Below the pieces are notes generated by a model, which saw only the letters and a list, made by a program, of their open reading frames with translations, did not search any database and had not been told where the DNA came from. A DNA stretch of 64,000 nt, from NCBI GenBank assembly GCA_965229805.1, contig CBDDJO010000002.1:925811-989810 (forward strand), written 5' to 3'. The position numbers were made by a program, and so were the translations under genes. Below are positions 36,409-45,430 of this stretch, one piece after another; within the stretch, counting starts at the first letter, position 1, and each line of letters begins with the position of its first letter. Source of the DNA: Rhodospirillales bacterium. GTDB taxonomy: Bacteria; Pseudomonadota; Alphaproteobacteria; Rhodospirillales; Casp-alpha2.

Positions 36409-37224
36409 TTAGTGCATCATCGGTTTTTCCTCCAAGGGAATGATGCTCTCTGGTGCTGGCGGCCTGTATCCCAAAGCTGAGTGTGGCCGCTTCGTATTGT
36501 AATGCCGTTGCCATTGTTCGATGACGATTTGAGCTTCTTTGAGGCTGTAGAATACCTCTCCGTTGAGCAGTTCGTCCCGGAACCGGGCGTTGAAGCTCTC
36601 GCAGTATCCATTCTCCCAGGGTGAACCAGGTTCGATGTATGCGGTCTCCGCGCCGACGGCTTTGATCCACTGCCTGACGGCGTCTGCGATGAACTCCGGC
36701 CCGTTGTCGGAGCGGATGTACGCTGGAACACCTTGGACGATGAACAGATCCGTCAGCGCGTCGATCACGTCCGTGGAGTTCAGCTTCCGCTTCACTCGGA
36801 TCGCCAGACATTCGCGGCTAAACTCATCGATGATGTTCAGCATTCTGTATGCCCGACCATCCTCCGTCCGGTGATGAACGAAGTCGTATGACCAGACATG
36901 ATCAATTCGCTCCGGCCTGAGACGGATGCACGAGCCGTCATTCAGCCACAGCCGGCCTCTCTTCGGCTGTTTCATGGGAACCTTCAGCCCCTCACGGCGC
37001 CACAGGCGTTCGACCCGCTTATCGTTCAAATGCCAGCCTGCATCTCTCAACATCGCGGCGATCCGCCGATAACCGTAACGCCCATATTGCCGAGCCAACT
37101 CGATCATATCCCGAACAAGAAGATCTTCATCATCACGGGACTTCGGCACATACCGTTGCGTGGATCGATGCTGCTTCAGCACCAGGCAGGCCCGGCGTTC
37201 GGTGATGTTGAACTTACCCCGCAC
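36409..37224 (-). CDS. IS3-family transposase OrfB (DDE integrase domain), normally expressed as an OrfAB frameshift fusion
   Basis: ERRACLVL.., YGYRRI, WSYDFV, the DNGPEF DDE region, and a YNTKRPHSALGYRPPAPE tail. The frame stays open upstream (GKLLSPARRRTCIDLV) in the -1 frame relative to the orfA end. Confidence 0.85.
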   Translation of the reverse strand: MRGKFNITERRACLVLKQHRSTQRYVPKSRDDEDLLVRDMIELARQYGRYGYRRIAAMLRDAGWHLNDKRVERLWRREGLKVPMKQPKRGRLWLNDGSCIRLRPERIDHVWSYDFVHHRTEDGRAYRMLNIIDEFSRECLAIRVKRKLNSTDVIDALTDLFIVQGVPAYIRSDNGPEFIADAVRQWIKAVGAETAYIEPGSPWENGYCESFNARFRDELLNGEVFYSLKEAQIVIEQWQRHYNTKRPHSALGYRPPAPESIIPLEEKPMMH

Positions 37225-37256
37225 CAGATCGATGCAGGTGCGGCGCCGTGCGGGGC

Positions 37257-37559
37257 TCAGAAGTTTCCCTTCGCGGCCTCTGCCAATATGAGCTTATCCA
37301 GTGTGAGATCGGAAACGGCCCTGCGAAGTCGTTCGTTCTCCTTCTGAAGCCGCTTCAACTCTTTGAGTTGATCCGTGCCCATGCCGCCGTATTGCTTGCG
37401 CCATCGATAATACGTCTGCTCTGTAATCTGCACCTGCCGAATGGCATCAATCCTCGGCTGGCCTTGCCCAACAAGGACATCAACCTGACGCAGCTTCGAG
37501 ACAATTTCTTCCGGTTTGTGTCGTTTCGTTGCCTTCTTTGGTCCTCCGTTTCCTATCAT
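37257..37559 (-). CDS. IS3-family transposase OrfA (HTH plus leucine zipper)
   Basis: 100 aa; TEQTYYRWRKQYGGMGTDQLKELKRLQKENERLRRAVSDLTLDKLIL. Confidence 0.85.
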   Translation of the reverse strand: MIGNGGPKKATKRHKPEEIVSKLRQVDVLVGQGQPRIDAIRQVQITEQTYYRWRKQYGGMGTDQLKELKRLQKENERLRRAVSDLTLDKLILAEAAKGNF

Positions 37560-37574
37560 AACCGGTGGACCAAT

Positions 37575-37790
37575 TCAGTGGGGGAGGATCAACAGCTCAC
37601 GCTTCAATCGCCGGATCTCCGCGTCCTTGTCATCGCCGCCGGCAGGTTCCGAGAACTTCTTCTTCCAGGCGTAGAGCGAATGTGCACTCACGCCGAGGCG
37701 CTCTGAGACCTCCGAAACCGGATAACCCCGCTCGGTGCTCTGACGCACTGCGTCCCGTTTGAAATCGTCACTGAAATTGGCTTTGCCCAT
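37575..37790 (-). pseudogene. Truncated IS3-family OrfA of IS-A
   Basis: MGKANFSDDFKRDAVRQSTERGYPVSEVSERLGVSAHSLYAWKKKF...AEIRRLKREL. The frame then runs into the IS-B terminus (LILPH-stop). Confidence 0.75.
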
Positions 37791-37849
37791 GTTAGCCTCC
37801 TTGCCTCAAATTTAGGGAAGAAAGCGTCTACAAATCTAGGGGCACCTCA
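37593..37849 (-). mobile_element. 5' terminal fragment of IS-A (terminal inverted repeat plus truncated orfA), cut by the IS-B insertion
   Basis: The minus strand starts TGAGGTGCCCCTAGATTTGTAGAC. Its first 14 nt are identical to 17278..17291, with about 22/26 matches overall. Confidence 0.7.
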
Positions 37850-37850
37850 T

Positions 37851-38078
37851 TTCTTCGCGGTCGCGTACGCCGCCGTCAACAATCAGTCCGCCCATTCCCT
37901 TGTGGACGGCGGCATACGTTGCCATGCCGCCCCAAGTGGAAACCGGGTGTCCGCCGTTGTCGACGACAATGATGTCGCCCGGCCCGGCAGCGTCGATCAT
38001 ATGCCCGACCTTGAAGTCCGCCGGCGGAAAGCTCCCTTTCAGGCCTGTCGTTTCGCGTGCTGTGCGACGCCCGCATCC
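37851..38078 (-). pseudogene. RraA / 4-hydroxy-4-methyl-2-oxoglutarate aldolase family gene, 3'-truncated by IS-A
   Basis: The minus strand reads ..GLKGSFPPADFKVGHMIDAAGPGDIIVVDNGGHPVSTWGGMATYAAVHKGMGGLIVDGGVRDREE and stops abruptly at the IS terminus. This shows the RraA-family GD[IV]xVVD..GG and G..[IV].DG.[IV]RD pattern. The upstream part is out of frame. Confidence 0.5.
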
Positions 38079-38297
38079 TCAACATCTTCGAAGGGGACGC
38101 CGAGATTCAGACGCAGGTCATCGCCCGCGGCCTTCTGGAAGACAAAAACTGAGAATGCGCAAACGCTCTCATCTGCATAGGCGATCCTACAGAAACATAT
38201 CCATAACTGAGGCTGATAGGGGGTGAGCCGTGATGAGAACTGAATGGAGTGACTTGAAGCTCAGACAGTAATCAGGTCAGAGCACCTCAAAAACAAT

Positions 38298-38317
38298 AAA
38301 TGGAAAGCATTCCATTT
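38298..38317. promoter_or_regulatory. Palindromic operator candidate (AAATGGAA-N4-TTCCATTT) upstream of the TRAP dctP
   Basis: AAATGGAAAGCATTCCATTT lies 99 bp upstream of the ATG at 38416. It shares ATTCCATTTTTGTTG with 63145..63159. Confidence 0.55.
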
Positions 38318-38415
38318 TTGTTGCAAGCCTCGAGTTTGTGCGCTAAGAGTCTTACTTCTCGTCTCCAATTTTAGGGTCCGAGAGTCCGGGAAATAAAATC
38401 CAAGGGAGGATTGCG

Positions 38416-39429
38416 ATGTCATTGAATTTCTCAAAGCAGACCAAGCAGGGGGTGTTCGCGTTGGCTATGAGCGCATTTGTGTTCGCTCAGGCCCCGCTGA
38501 CCGTCAACGCCGCCAATTTCAAGTATACGACGCAGTTGCCGCAGAAAAATTTTCAGGTGCAGAACATTCTGGAGTTCTCTAAATGTGTGGCAGAAAAGTC
38601 GGATATCACGATTGACGTATATGATTCGGCTCAGTTGTATCGCGACAAAGAGGTTCCGAGTGCCGTCGCTTCGGGGGCAGTCGAGCTTGGCATGTCCACG
38701 ACGGAACGCTGGGCGGGTACGATCCCGGCAATGGGTATCTTTAGCGTACCATTCGCATTGGGTGGCCGTGACACCGTTCTTAAGCTTTTGAAGCCTGGTG
38801 CGGAGTTTCGAAAGGTCCTCGACGAAGCGCTCGTCAAAACCGGTGTGCGGCCGATCTACTGGATGGAATATGGCACGGTTGTCTTCTTGTCGAAGAAGGA
38901 TCGCCCGATTCGCATGCCTGAAGATCTCAAAGGGATGAAGGTCAGAACGTTCGGGAAAACGCTCGGTGATTTCGTCAATTCTGTGGGCGGTGCCGCGACG
39001 ATCATGTCGGGTTCTGAGCAGTTTGTTGCCTATCAGCGGGGCACAGTCGATGCGGGCATGACGGGCGTGGCGAGTTTCAAATCTCGTAAGCTCGATGAAG
39101 TGATGAACGTCATCACGTTCACCCAGCATGGACACATCTACTTCCCGTCAGTGATTAATGAAAAGGTATGGCAGGGTCTTTCTGCCGATCAGAAGTCGGC
39201 GCTGAAGTCATGTGGAGACGAGGCGCAAACCGCTTTGCACAACGAAGTTGGATCTGCCGAAGCTGAAGCGATCGCATACGCGAAGGACAAGGGTGCGGAT
39301 GTCATCGAATTGTCCGCAGAAGACCTTGAGAAGTGGCGCGAAGCTGGCCAGCCTACGGTGAAAGAGTTTGTCAATCACTCCGGCGAACTCGGTCAGAAAC
39401 TTCTGGAACTTGTCGAAAAAGCCAAGTGA
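38416..39429 (+). CDS. TRAP transporter DctP-type solute-binding protein
   Basis: Signal peptide (ALAMSAFVFAQAPLTVNA) and DctP-family segments (LYRDKEVPSAVASGAVELG, VDAGMTG). Confidence 0.85.
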   Translation: MSLNFSKQTKQGVFALAMSAFVFAQAPLTVNAANFKYTTQLPQKNFQVQNILEFSKCVAEKSDITIDVYDSAQLYRDKEVPSAVASGAVELGMSTTERWAGTIPAMGIFSVPFALGGRDTVLKLLKPGAEFRKVLDEALVKTGVRPIYWMEYGTVVFLSKKDRPIRMPEDLKGMKVRTFGKTLGDFVNSVGGAATIMSGSEQFVAYQRGTVDAGMTGVASFKSRKLDEVMNVITFTQHGHIYFPSVINEKVWQGLSADQKSALKSCGDEAQTALHNEVGSAEAEAIAYAKDKGADVIELSAEDLEKWREAGQPTVKEFVNHSGELGQKLLELVEKAK

Positions 39430-39454
39430 AGTCTGACGTCAGCCGTTTGAGTTG

Positions 39455-39496
39455 GTTGCGGGAGGCAGGTTGAATGCGGCCTGCCTCCAGCGCAAC
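39455..39496 (+). other. Strong intercistronic stem-loop after the SBP gene (no T-tract)
   Basis: GTTGCG-GGAGGCAGG ... CCTGCCTCC-AG-CGCAAC: a 9-bp perfect GC-rich stem extended by 6 bp, followed by TAACC rather than Ts. Confidence 0.6.
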
Positions 39497-39522
39497 TAAC
39501 CTCAATTGTGATCAGTTAAGGA

Positions 39523-40056
39523 ATGCTCAGCATGATCGGAACGGGAATAGACCGAATAAGTGACCTTCTTGGTTATCTTGCCGCAGCCATTTTTTTTCTG
39601 ATCGGTCTGGTGATTACCTTCGAAGTGGTTTCCAGGTATGTGTTTCTGGCGCCCACGACCTGGGCCGAGGAAGGGGCTAGGTTGTTGCAGTTATGGGCTA
39701 CCTACGGGGCGCTCGCGTACATTCTGAAAACACGCGCGTATATCCGGATTACTGCTCTGGTCGTGATCTTGCCATTGCGGTTGCGTCAATTTCTGGAATT
39801 TTTCGCATTGCTCTGGATCATGAGCTTCAGCGTTGTCGTTACCTGGTATGGATACGAGATCGCTTACGAGAGCGTGGAGATCGGGCGCGCAACAGAAACA
39901 ATGAATCAGGTGCCAATGGTATGGACCGAAGCGGCTATCCCGATCGGTTTTAGCATCTTGCTACTTCAGGGCTGTGTCGAGATGTGCAAGTTGTTTAAGC
40001 ACGGCACCCTCGATCGTTCGGATGAGCGAGACGAGCTTGGCAGCGAGTTCCACTAG
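39523..40056 (+). CDS. TRAP transporter small permease (DctQ-type)
   Basis: 177 aa, 4 TM, between the dctP and dctM genes. Confidence 0.8.
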   Translation: MLSMIGTGIDRISDLLGYLAAAIFFLIGLVITFEVVSRYVFLAPTTWAEEGARLLQLWATYGALAYILKTRAYIRITALVVILPLRLRQFLEFFALLWIMSFSVVVTWYGYEIAYESVEIGRATETMNQVPMVWTEAAIPIGFSILLLQGCVEMCKLFKHGTLDRSDERDELGSEFH

Positions 40057-40058
40057 AA

Positions 40059-41327
40059 ATGACAACATTTATTATACTCGCAGCATTGTTGCTGTTGCTG
40101 CTTGCGGGAATCCCTATTGCATTCGTGACGGGCGGACTGGGCCTGCTGCTTCTCTTGATCGAGGGCTTCAAGCCGATCATGGCGGCCCAGGCGCTATATG
40201 CGAGCATCGACAACTTTATTCTGCTTGCCGTCCCGATGTTCCTTTTGATGTCCAATGTCCTGCTGAAAGGCGGGATCGGCAAAGACTTGTTTGCGGCGGT
40301 TCAGTCCTGGGTCGGGCATTGGCCTGGCGGATTGGGTGTCGCTACCATCATATCCTGTACGATTTTTGCCGCGATCTCCGGATCATCCGTTGCGACGGCG
40401 GCGACGATCGCAGTCGTTGCCATTCCCGAAATGACAAAGCGCGGTTACGAGCGAAAATTTGTTCTGGGCTTGCTCGCTGCCGGCGGCACCCTCGGCATTT
40501 TGATACCCCCCTCGATCATTCTGATTGTCTATGGCGTCATCACCGAAGAATCGATCACAAGGCTGTTCTTGGCCGGTATCGGTCCCGGGTTGTTCCTCGC
40601 GTTCGCCTTTTCCGCATACGCGATGCTGTATGCCCGCTTTAAAGGTCAGTATGAACGAGCACCAAAGGCAAGCTGGGAGGAGCGCCGGAAGTCACTGCTG
40701 CGGGCGTTCCCGGCACTTCTTTTGGCTTTCGTCATTATCTTCGGGATTTATTTCGGTATCTTCACGCCCACGGAAGCCGCTGGCATCGGGTTCGTTTCTT
40801 CTCTGATCATCACGACCGCCATGGGCCGGATGGACATTCAGAAACTGAAAGCGTCATCAATAGAAGCCGCCAGTACGACGGTTACAATATTCGTCATTGT
40901 TGCGGGCGCAGATATTTTTGCGAAGGCAATCACCCTGTACCGCATCCCGCATGACGTTTCGCAGATGGTTGGTTCTACATTCACGGAACCCGGCATGTTT
41001 ATCCTGCTCGTATGTATTGTTCTTCTCATTATGGGTTTCTTTATTGAAGCGCTCAGCATGATGCTCGTGATGGTGCCCGTGCTGTACCCCTCGCTGCTTG
41101 GCATGGGCATCGACCCGATTTGGTTCGGTATCGTTTTCGTGATCATGGTTGAATGTGCGTTGATCACGCCTCCGGTGGGCTTGAACCTGTTCGTCCTACA
41201 GGCGATAGCCAAGGTGTCACTAGGCGAGGTGTCAAGAGGTGTGGCGCCGTTCATCGTCATAATGTTGTCTACCGTTGTTCTGCTTTTCTTCTGGCCGGAC
41301 CTGGCGTTGTACTTCACCAGGCTCTGA
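40059..41327 (+). CDS. TRAP transporter large permease (DctM-type)
   Basis: 422 aa; SGSSVATAATIA and the ITPPVGLNLFV segment shared with the other two DctM paralogs. Confidence 0.9.
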   Translation: MTTFIILAALLLLLLAGIPIAFVTGGLGLLLLLIEGFKPIMAAQALYASIDNFILLAVPMFLLMSNVLLKGGIGKDLFAAVQSWVGHWPGGLGVATIISCTIFAAISGSSVATAATIAVVAIPEMTKRGYERKFVLGLLAAGGTLGILIPPSIILIVYGVITEESITRLFLAGIGPGLFLAFAFSAYAMLYARFKGQYERAPKASWEERRKSLLRAFPALLLAFVIIFGIYFGIFTPTEAAGIGFVSSLIITTAMGRMDIQKLKASSIEAASTTVTIFVIVAGADIFAKAITLYRIPHDVSQMVGSTFTEPGMFILLVCIVLLIMGFFIEALSMMLVMVPVLYPSLLGMGIDPIWFGIVFVIMVECALITPPVGLNLFVLQAIAKVSLGEVSRGVAPFIVIMLSTVVLLFFWPDLALYFTRL

Positions 41328-41357
41328 GTGAGGTTACGCTCAGCAAAGTAAAACGGT

Positions 41358-42587
41358 ATGGACTCAATTCGTGACGACTGGAGAACGCATCACCTCTTAG
41401 TTCTCGTGGTGCTTAGCGTTCTTCATATCGCCGTGATCGTGGGTCTGTTCGCAGTGCCGGCACTGGCGGTCAGCCTGAAGCAGGAATTGGGCCTCAACTC
41501 GGAGACAATCGGCTACAGCTCCAGTTTGATTTTTGTAATGTGCGGCCTGACCTCGATTGTCTTCGTCGGGACCACAGCAAAATTCGGCGGCGGGAAGGTT
41601 CTTCAGGCATCGCTGGTCGTCATGTCTGCGGGCGGCTTGCTGGTGGCGATTTCGGACGGCAGCATCCTGTTCTTTGCCGGTCTCGGCCTGTTTGGCCTGG
41701 GGTACGGTGTCATGATGCCCGTCACCTCCGTCGTGCTTGCCCAGTTTACGCCGGCCAGCCGAAAGAATTTCAGTTTCTCCACCAAGCAATCCGGGACGCC
41801 CATCGGTGCCGCCATTGCGGGTATTGCGTGTCCGTTCCTGGCCGCGGCATGGGGATGGGAAGCAAGCTTCCTGCTGATTGCCGCGACATGTGCGCTGGGT
41901 GCATTGGGATTGCTGTTCTTTGCCAAAGCTTGGGATGTAACGGCCGATTCCAAAAGAAAGATCCAATCGCCAGGCGCCGGCATCCGCATTATTGCCGCTG
42001 ACCCGACCCTGAGGCGCCTCGTCGCAACAGGTCTGTTCTTTTCCATGTCGCAACTGGCCTCGACGTCGTTTCTGGTTCTTTACATGGTTGAAGATCTGCA
42101 AAGAGCCCCCGCGACGGCGGGTTTCTATTTCTCGCTTGCATATGCGTCGGGGTTCGCCGGCCGATTTGTCTCGGGCTGGGTAGCGGATCGCTATAATGAC
42201 ACGATTGGCGTCCTGGTCTTCAACGGTGTGCTGGCAGCGGTCGCCGCGGGCGTGCTGGCAATGGTCTCTTCGGGTGTGCCGGAAGCGATCGTTGTGATCC
42301 TGGTCGTCGCCAGCGGCGTCAGCGGGTTTTCCTGGAACGGCTTGTACCATGCAGCGGTCGCTTCGAACGCGAAACCAGATCAGCTCGGTGAGGTCATTGG
42401 CGGCAGTTACGGGTTTGTCTTTCTGGGATCGCTCGCGGGCCCCGGGATATCCGCCTTGCTCTACGGTATCAGCGGAAGCTACGTGGTTGTGTTCATGTAC
42501 GTGGGGTTGATGGCGTTGTTCGGCGCAATATCGGTTGTGCCGCTTCGCAACAGGAAAGCGAGCGTGGCTAAGCCCAAAAATACCTAA
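41358..42587 (+). CDS. MFS transporter
   Basis: 409 aa, about 12 TM helices with two-fold symmetric hydrophobic organisation. Confidence 0.75.
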   Translation: MDSIRDDWRTHHLLVLVVLSVLHIAVIVGLFAVPALAVSLKQELGLNSETIGYSSSLIFVMCGLTSIVFVGTTAKFGGGKVLQASLVVMSAGGLLVAISDGSILFFAGLGLFGLGYGVMMPVTSVVLAQFTPASRKNFSFSTKQSGTPIGAAIAGIACPFLAAAWGWEASFLLIAATCALGALGLLFFAKAWDVTADSKRKIQSPGAGIRIIAADPTLRRLVATGLFFSMSQLASTSFLVLYMVEDLQRAPATAGFYFSLAYASGFAGRFVSGWVADRYNDTIGVLVFNGVLAAVAAGVLAMVSSGVPEAIVVILVVASGVSGFSWNGLYHAAVASNAKPDQLGEVIGGSYGFVFLGSLAGPGISALLYGISGSYVVVFMYVGLMALFGAISVVPLRNRKASVAKPKNT

Positions 42588-42597
42588 ATTCCATCTT

Positions 42598-42616
42598 GTG
42601 AAATGCATTCCATTTT
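42598..42616. promoter_or_regulatory. Imperfect copy of the GGAAT/ATTCC palindrome upstream of the MenB/BadI-like gene
   Basis: GTGAAATGCATTCCATTTT: TGAAATGCATTCCA is a 12/14 palindrome, with a second ATTCCAT at 42588..42594. It lies about 155 bp upstream of 42772. Confidence 0.4.
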
Positions 42617-42771
42617 GATAATTTACGATCAACAGTGTCGTTAACCTGTGCGCGGCGGGCGTGCCCGTTCGTATGCGAAGCGGGTCGGCATCCTGACGTG
42701 TTGAATGCATCCCTCCGTCCAAGCGTCTGGCAAGCGAGGTGGTCGTTCATTGAACCAGAGGAGATCTTAAA

Positions 42772-43566
42772 ATGACGGACGGTTATCAAGACATTCTGTA
42801 CGAAGTGAAAAACGGCGTGGCGACCATTACGGTAAACCGGTCGGAAAAAATGAATGCTTTCCGGGAGGTCACATACCATGAAGTTCTGGACGCTCTTGGC
42901 CGCGCAGGATGGGATCTTGATATCGGTGTTATTGTCCTAACCGGAGCAGGCGGCAAAGCCTTCGGCGTCGGTGGCGACAGCAGTGACAAGAAATCCGAAC
43001 GTGCGGGCCGGGGATTGCTGGGCGTGCCGCTTGAAGAAATCCATACCATGATCCGTGACGTTCCGAAGCCTGTCATTGCGAAAGTAAACGGATATGCAAT
43101 CGGCGGCGGGAACGTGATGGCGACGATCTGCGACCTGACGATCGCCTCGGAGAACTCGCAATTCGGCCAGGTTGGGCCGAAAGTGGGTTCGGTGGACCCG
43201 GGTTTCGGCACCGCGTATCTGGCAAGGATCGTCGGCGAAAAGAAAGCCCGTGAGATGTGGTATTTGTGCCGTCGATACACGGCGCAGGAGGCTCTGGAAA
43301 TGGGGCTCGTCAATAAGGTTGTGCCGGAAGCAGACCTGGACGCCGAGGTCGATGCCTGGTGTGCGGAAATCATGGAAAGAAGTCCGACCGCCATCGCCAT
43401 CGCAAAACGGTCTTTCAATGCCGACAGCGAGAATATCCGCGGTATCGGCGGGATGGGATTCCAGGCGCTGGCACTTTACTACCAAACCGAAGAGTCGAAA
43501 GAGGGCGGCAACGCCTTCAGGGAAAAACGCAAGCCTGATTTTCGCGGCAAGGTCGTTCGCTCATAA
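42772..43566 (+). CDS. MenB/BadI-family crotonase (1,4-dihydroxy-2-naphthoyl-CoA synthase / 2-ketocyclohexanecarboxyl-CoA hydrolase-like)
   Basis: Collinear with the recalled MenB pattern: ILYE..NGVATITVNR...MNAF, GVIVLTGAGGKAF, PKPVIAKVNGYAIGGG, CDLTIA, FGQVGPKVGS.D.G.G..YLARIVG.KKAREMW.LCR.Y.A.EAL.MGLVN.VVP, and EG.NAF.EKR.PDF. Confidence 0.8.
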   Translation: MTDGYQDILYEVKNGVATITVNRSEKMNAFREVTYHEVLDALGRAGWDLDIGVIVLTGAGGKAFGVGGDSSDKKSERAGRGLLGVPLEEIHTMIRDVPKPVIAKVNGYAIGGGNVMATICDLTIASENSQFGQVGPKVGSVDPGFGTAYLARIVGEKKAREMWYLCRRYTAQEALEMGLVNKVVPEADLDAEVDAWCAEIMERSPTAIAIAKRSFNADSENIRGIGGMGFQALALYYQTEESKEGGNAFREKRKPDFRGKVVRS

Positions 43567-43640
43567 GACCGGTTGAGTATCCGGTGTGTGAACATACTGC
43601 CGATATCAGGCGTATCCAGACGAATATGTAGAGGTTCGTG

Positions 43641-44390
43641 ATGAAGGTACTTGTCGCGGTGAAGCGCGTCATTGACTACAACGTGAATGTGCGGGTGAAG
43701 GCTGACGGCACGGGCGTTGAGAGGTCGAACGTCAAGATGTCCATGAATCCATTCGACGAGATAGCCGTCGAAGAGGCTGTCAGATTGAAGGAGGCCGGTG
43801 TCGCCGACGAAGTCGTCGCTGTGACAGTCGGCAGCGCGCCGTCTCAGGAAACGCTCAGAACCGCCCTCGCCATGGGTGCGGATCGCGGCATACATGTCGT
43901 TTCGGATGAAGAGCTTCAACCGCTCGCCGTCGCGAAGGTGCTTAAATCCATTTGTCTCGAAGAGACGCCGGATCTAGTGATCGTCGGCAAGCAGGCAATT
44001 GATGACGACAGCAACCAGACGGGGCAAATGCTTGCGGCGATGATGAAATGGCCGCAGGGAACTTTTGCGTCGAAAGTGGAACTGAACGACTCAAAAGCCG
44101 TCGTGATCCGTGAAGTGGACGGCGGTCTCGAGACCGTCGGGCTCTCAATGCCTTGTGTCGTTACGACCGATCTGCGGCTCAACGAGCCCAGGTATGCATC
44201 CTTGCCGAATATCATGAAGGCAAAGAAAAAACCAATCGAGGAAAAGCAGGCAAGCGAGCTTGGCGTCGATATCGCGCCGCGATTAACGGTTGTGAGTGTT
44301 TCCGAACCGCCCAAGCGAGAAGCCGGCATTGTTGTGGAGGATGTCTCTCAGTTGGTGGACAAACTGAAGAACGTAGCAAAGGTGATCTAA
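43641..44390 (+). CDS. etfB: Electron transfer flavoprotein beta subunit
   Basis: [20 protein letters not shown]...[17 protein letters not shown] is the canonical EtfB pattern. Confidence 0.9.
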   Translation: MKVLVAVKRVIDYNVNVRVKADGTGVERSNVKMSMNPFDEIAVEEAVRLKEAGVADEVVAVTVGSAPSQETLRTALAMGADRGIHVVSDEELQPLAVAKVLKSICLEETPDLVIVGKQAIDDDSNQTGQMLAAMMKWPQGTFASKVELNDSKAVVIREVDGGLETVGLSMPCVVTTDLRLNEPRYASLPNIMKAKKKPIEEKQASELGVDIAPRLTVVSVSEPPKREAGIVVEDVSQLVDKLKNVAKVI

Positions 44391-44392
44391 TT

Positions 44393-45325
44393 ATGAGTGT
44401 ATTGGTCATTGCTGAACACGATAATTCATCGCTCATGCTGGCCACGCTGTCTGCCGTAACGGCAGGACTGCGGATCAGCGAAATAGTTGACGTGCTGGTT
44501 GCTGGAAGCGACTGCGGCAGCGTCGCTGAAGCGGCGTCGAAGATCGCAGGGGTTAAACGCGTCATGCACTGCGATGATCCTGCTTATGCGCACATGCTCG
44601 CTGAAAATATGGCGCCGTTGATCGTGAGCATGTCGGACGGTTTCACGCATATTCTCGCGCCTGCAACGACGGCCGGTAAGAATATTATGCCGCGTGTGGC
44701 TGCGGACCTGGATGTTGCCCAGATTTCCGACATTGTCGACGTCGTCGATGCGGATATTTTTGTTCGGCCGATATACGCAGGAAACGCGATGGCGACCGTT
44801 AAAAGCAGCGATACCGTCAAGGTGATCACGGTGCGGGGGACGGCATTCGATGCTGCCGATCAGACAGGCGGCAGCGGTTCGATCGAAACGGTTTCGGCGG
44901 CCGAGACCGGTGACAGCTCGGCCTTCATCGGCCAGGAACTCAGTAAATCGGAAAGGCCGGAATTGACGGCAGCCAAAGTGGTCATATCCGGCGGCCGCGG
45001 CATGGGGTCGGGTGAGAACTTTAAACTGATTGATGCCGTTGCAGATAAGCTCGGGGCGGCCGTTGGCGCATCCAGAGCGGCCGTAGATGCTGGTTATGTC
45101 CCCAGTGACTATCAGGTCGGGCAAACCGGCAAGATCGTGGCGCCCGATTTATACGTCGCGGTCGGTATATCCGGCGCCATCCAGCATCTTGCAGGCATGA
45201 AAGATTCGAAAGTCATCGTGGCGATCAACAAAGACCCGGAAGCACCTATCTTTCAGGTTGCCGACTTCGGTCTGGTCGCGGATTTGTTCGAAGCGTTACC
45301 TGAACTCGAAGCCAAGCTGAACTGA
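44393..45325 (+). CDS. etfA: Electron transfer flavoprotein alpha subunit
   Basis: [11 protein letters not shown] start, [11 protein letters not shown], and the [31 protein letters not shown]-binding motif. The listed ORF has a spurious 5' extension. Confidence 0.9.
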   Translation: MSVLVIAEHDNSSLMLATLSAVTAGLRISEIVDVLVAGSDCGSVAEAASKIAGVKRVMHCDDPAYAHMLAENMAPLIVSMSDGFTHILAPATTAGKNIMPRVAADLDVAQISDIVDVVDADIFVRPIYAGNAMATVKSSDTVKVITVRGTAFDAADQTGGSGSIETVSAAETGDSSAFIGQELSKSERPELTAAKVVISGGRGMGSGENFKLIDAVADKLGAAVGASRAAVDAGYVPSDYQVGQTGKIVAPDLYVAVGISGAIQHLAGMKDSKVIVAINKDPEAPIFQVADFGLVADLFEALPELEAKLN

Positions 45326-45430
45326 CACTCCCGATGTGGCACCCCTTGTCGTCGCTGGTGCATGGCGCTGTGAGGCGGCAACAGGGGGCGGAGATCTGCG
45401 TCAAATATTGCCGAAAAGGGGAACTTTCCG

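Larger units (their letters stand above)
36375..37592 (-). mobile_element. Intact IS3-family insertion sequence (here called IS-B), 1218 bp
   Basis: Imperfect terminal inverted repeats: TGACCTGCCCCCGTTGACTGGTCC.. (left) and ..GGACCAATTCAGTGGGGGAGGATCA (right). Contains orfA and orfB in the -1 frameshift arrangement. Confidence 0.8.

Noticed and set aside
42772-43566. MenB-like gene read as menaquinone biosynthesis (menB).
   Set aside because: No other men genes (menA, C, D, E, F, H) are nearby. The neighbours are ETF, ACAD, SDR and CoA-transferases, so a catabolic BadI-type or related role is more plausible. This cannot be settled without a phylogeny.
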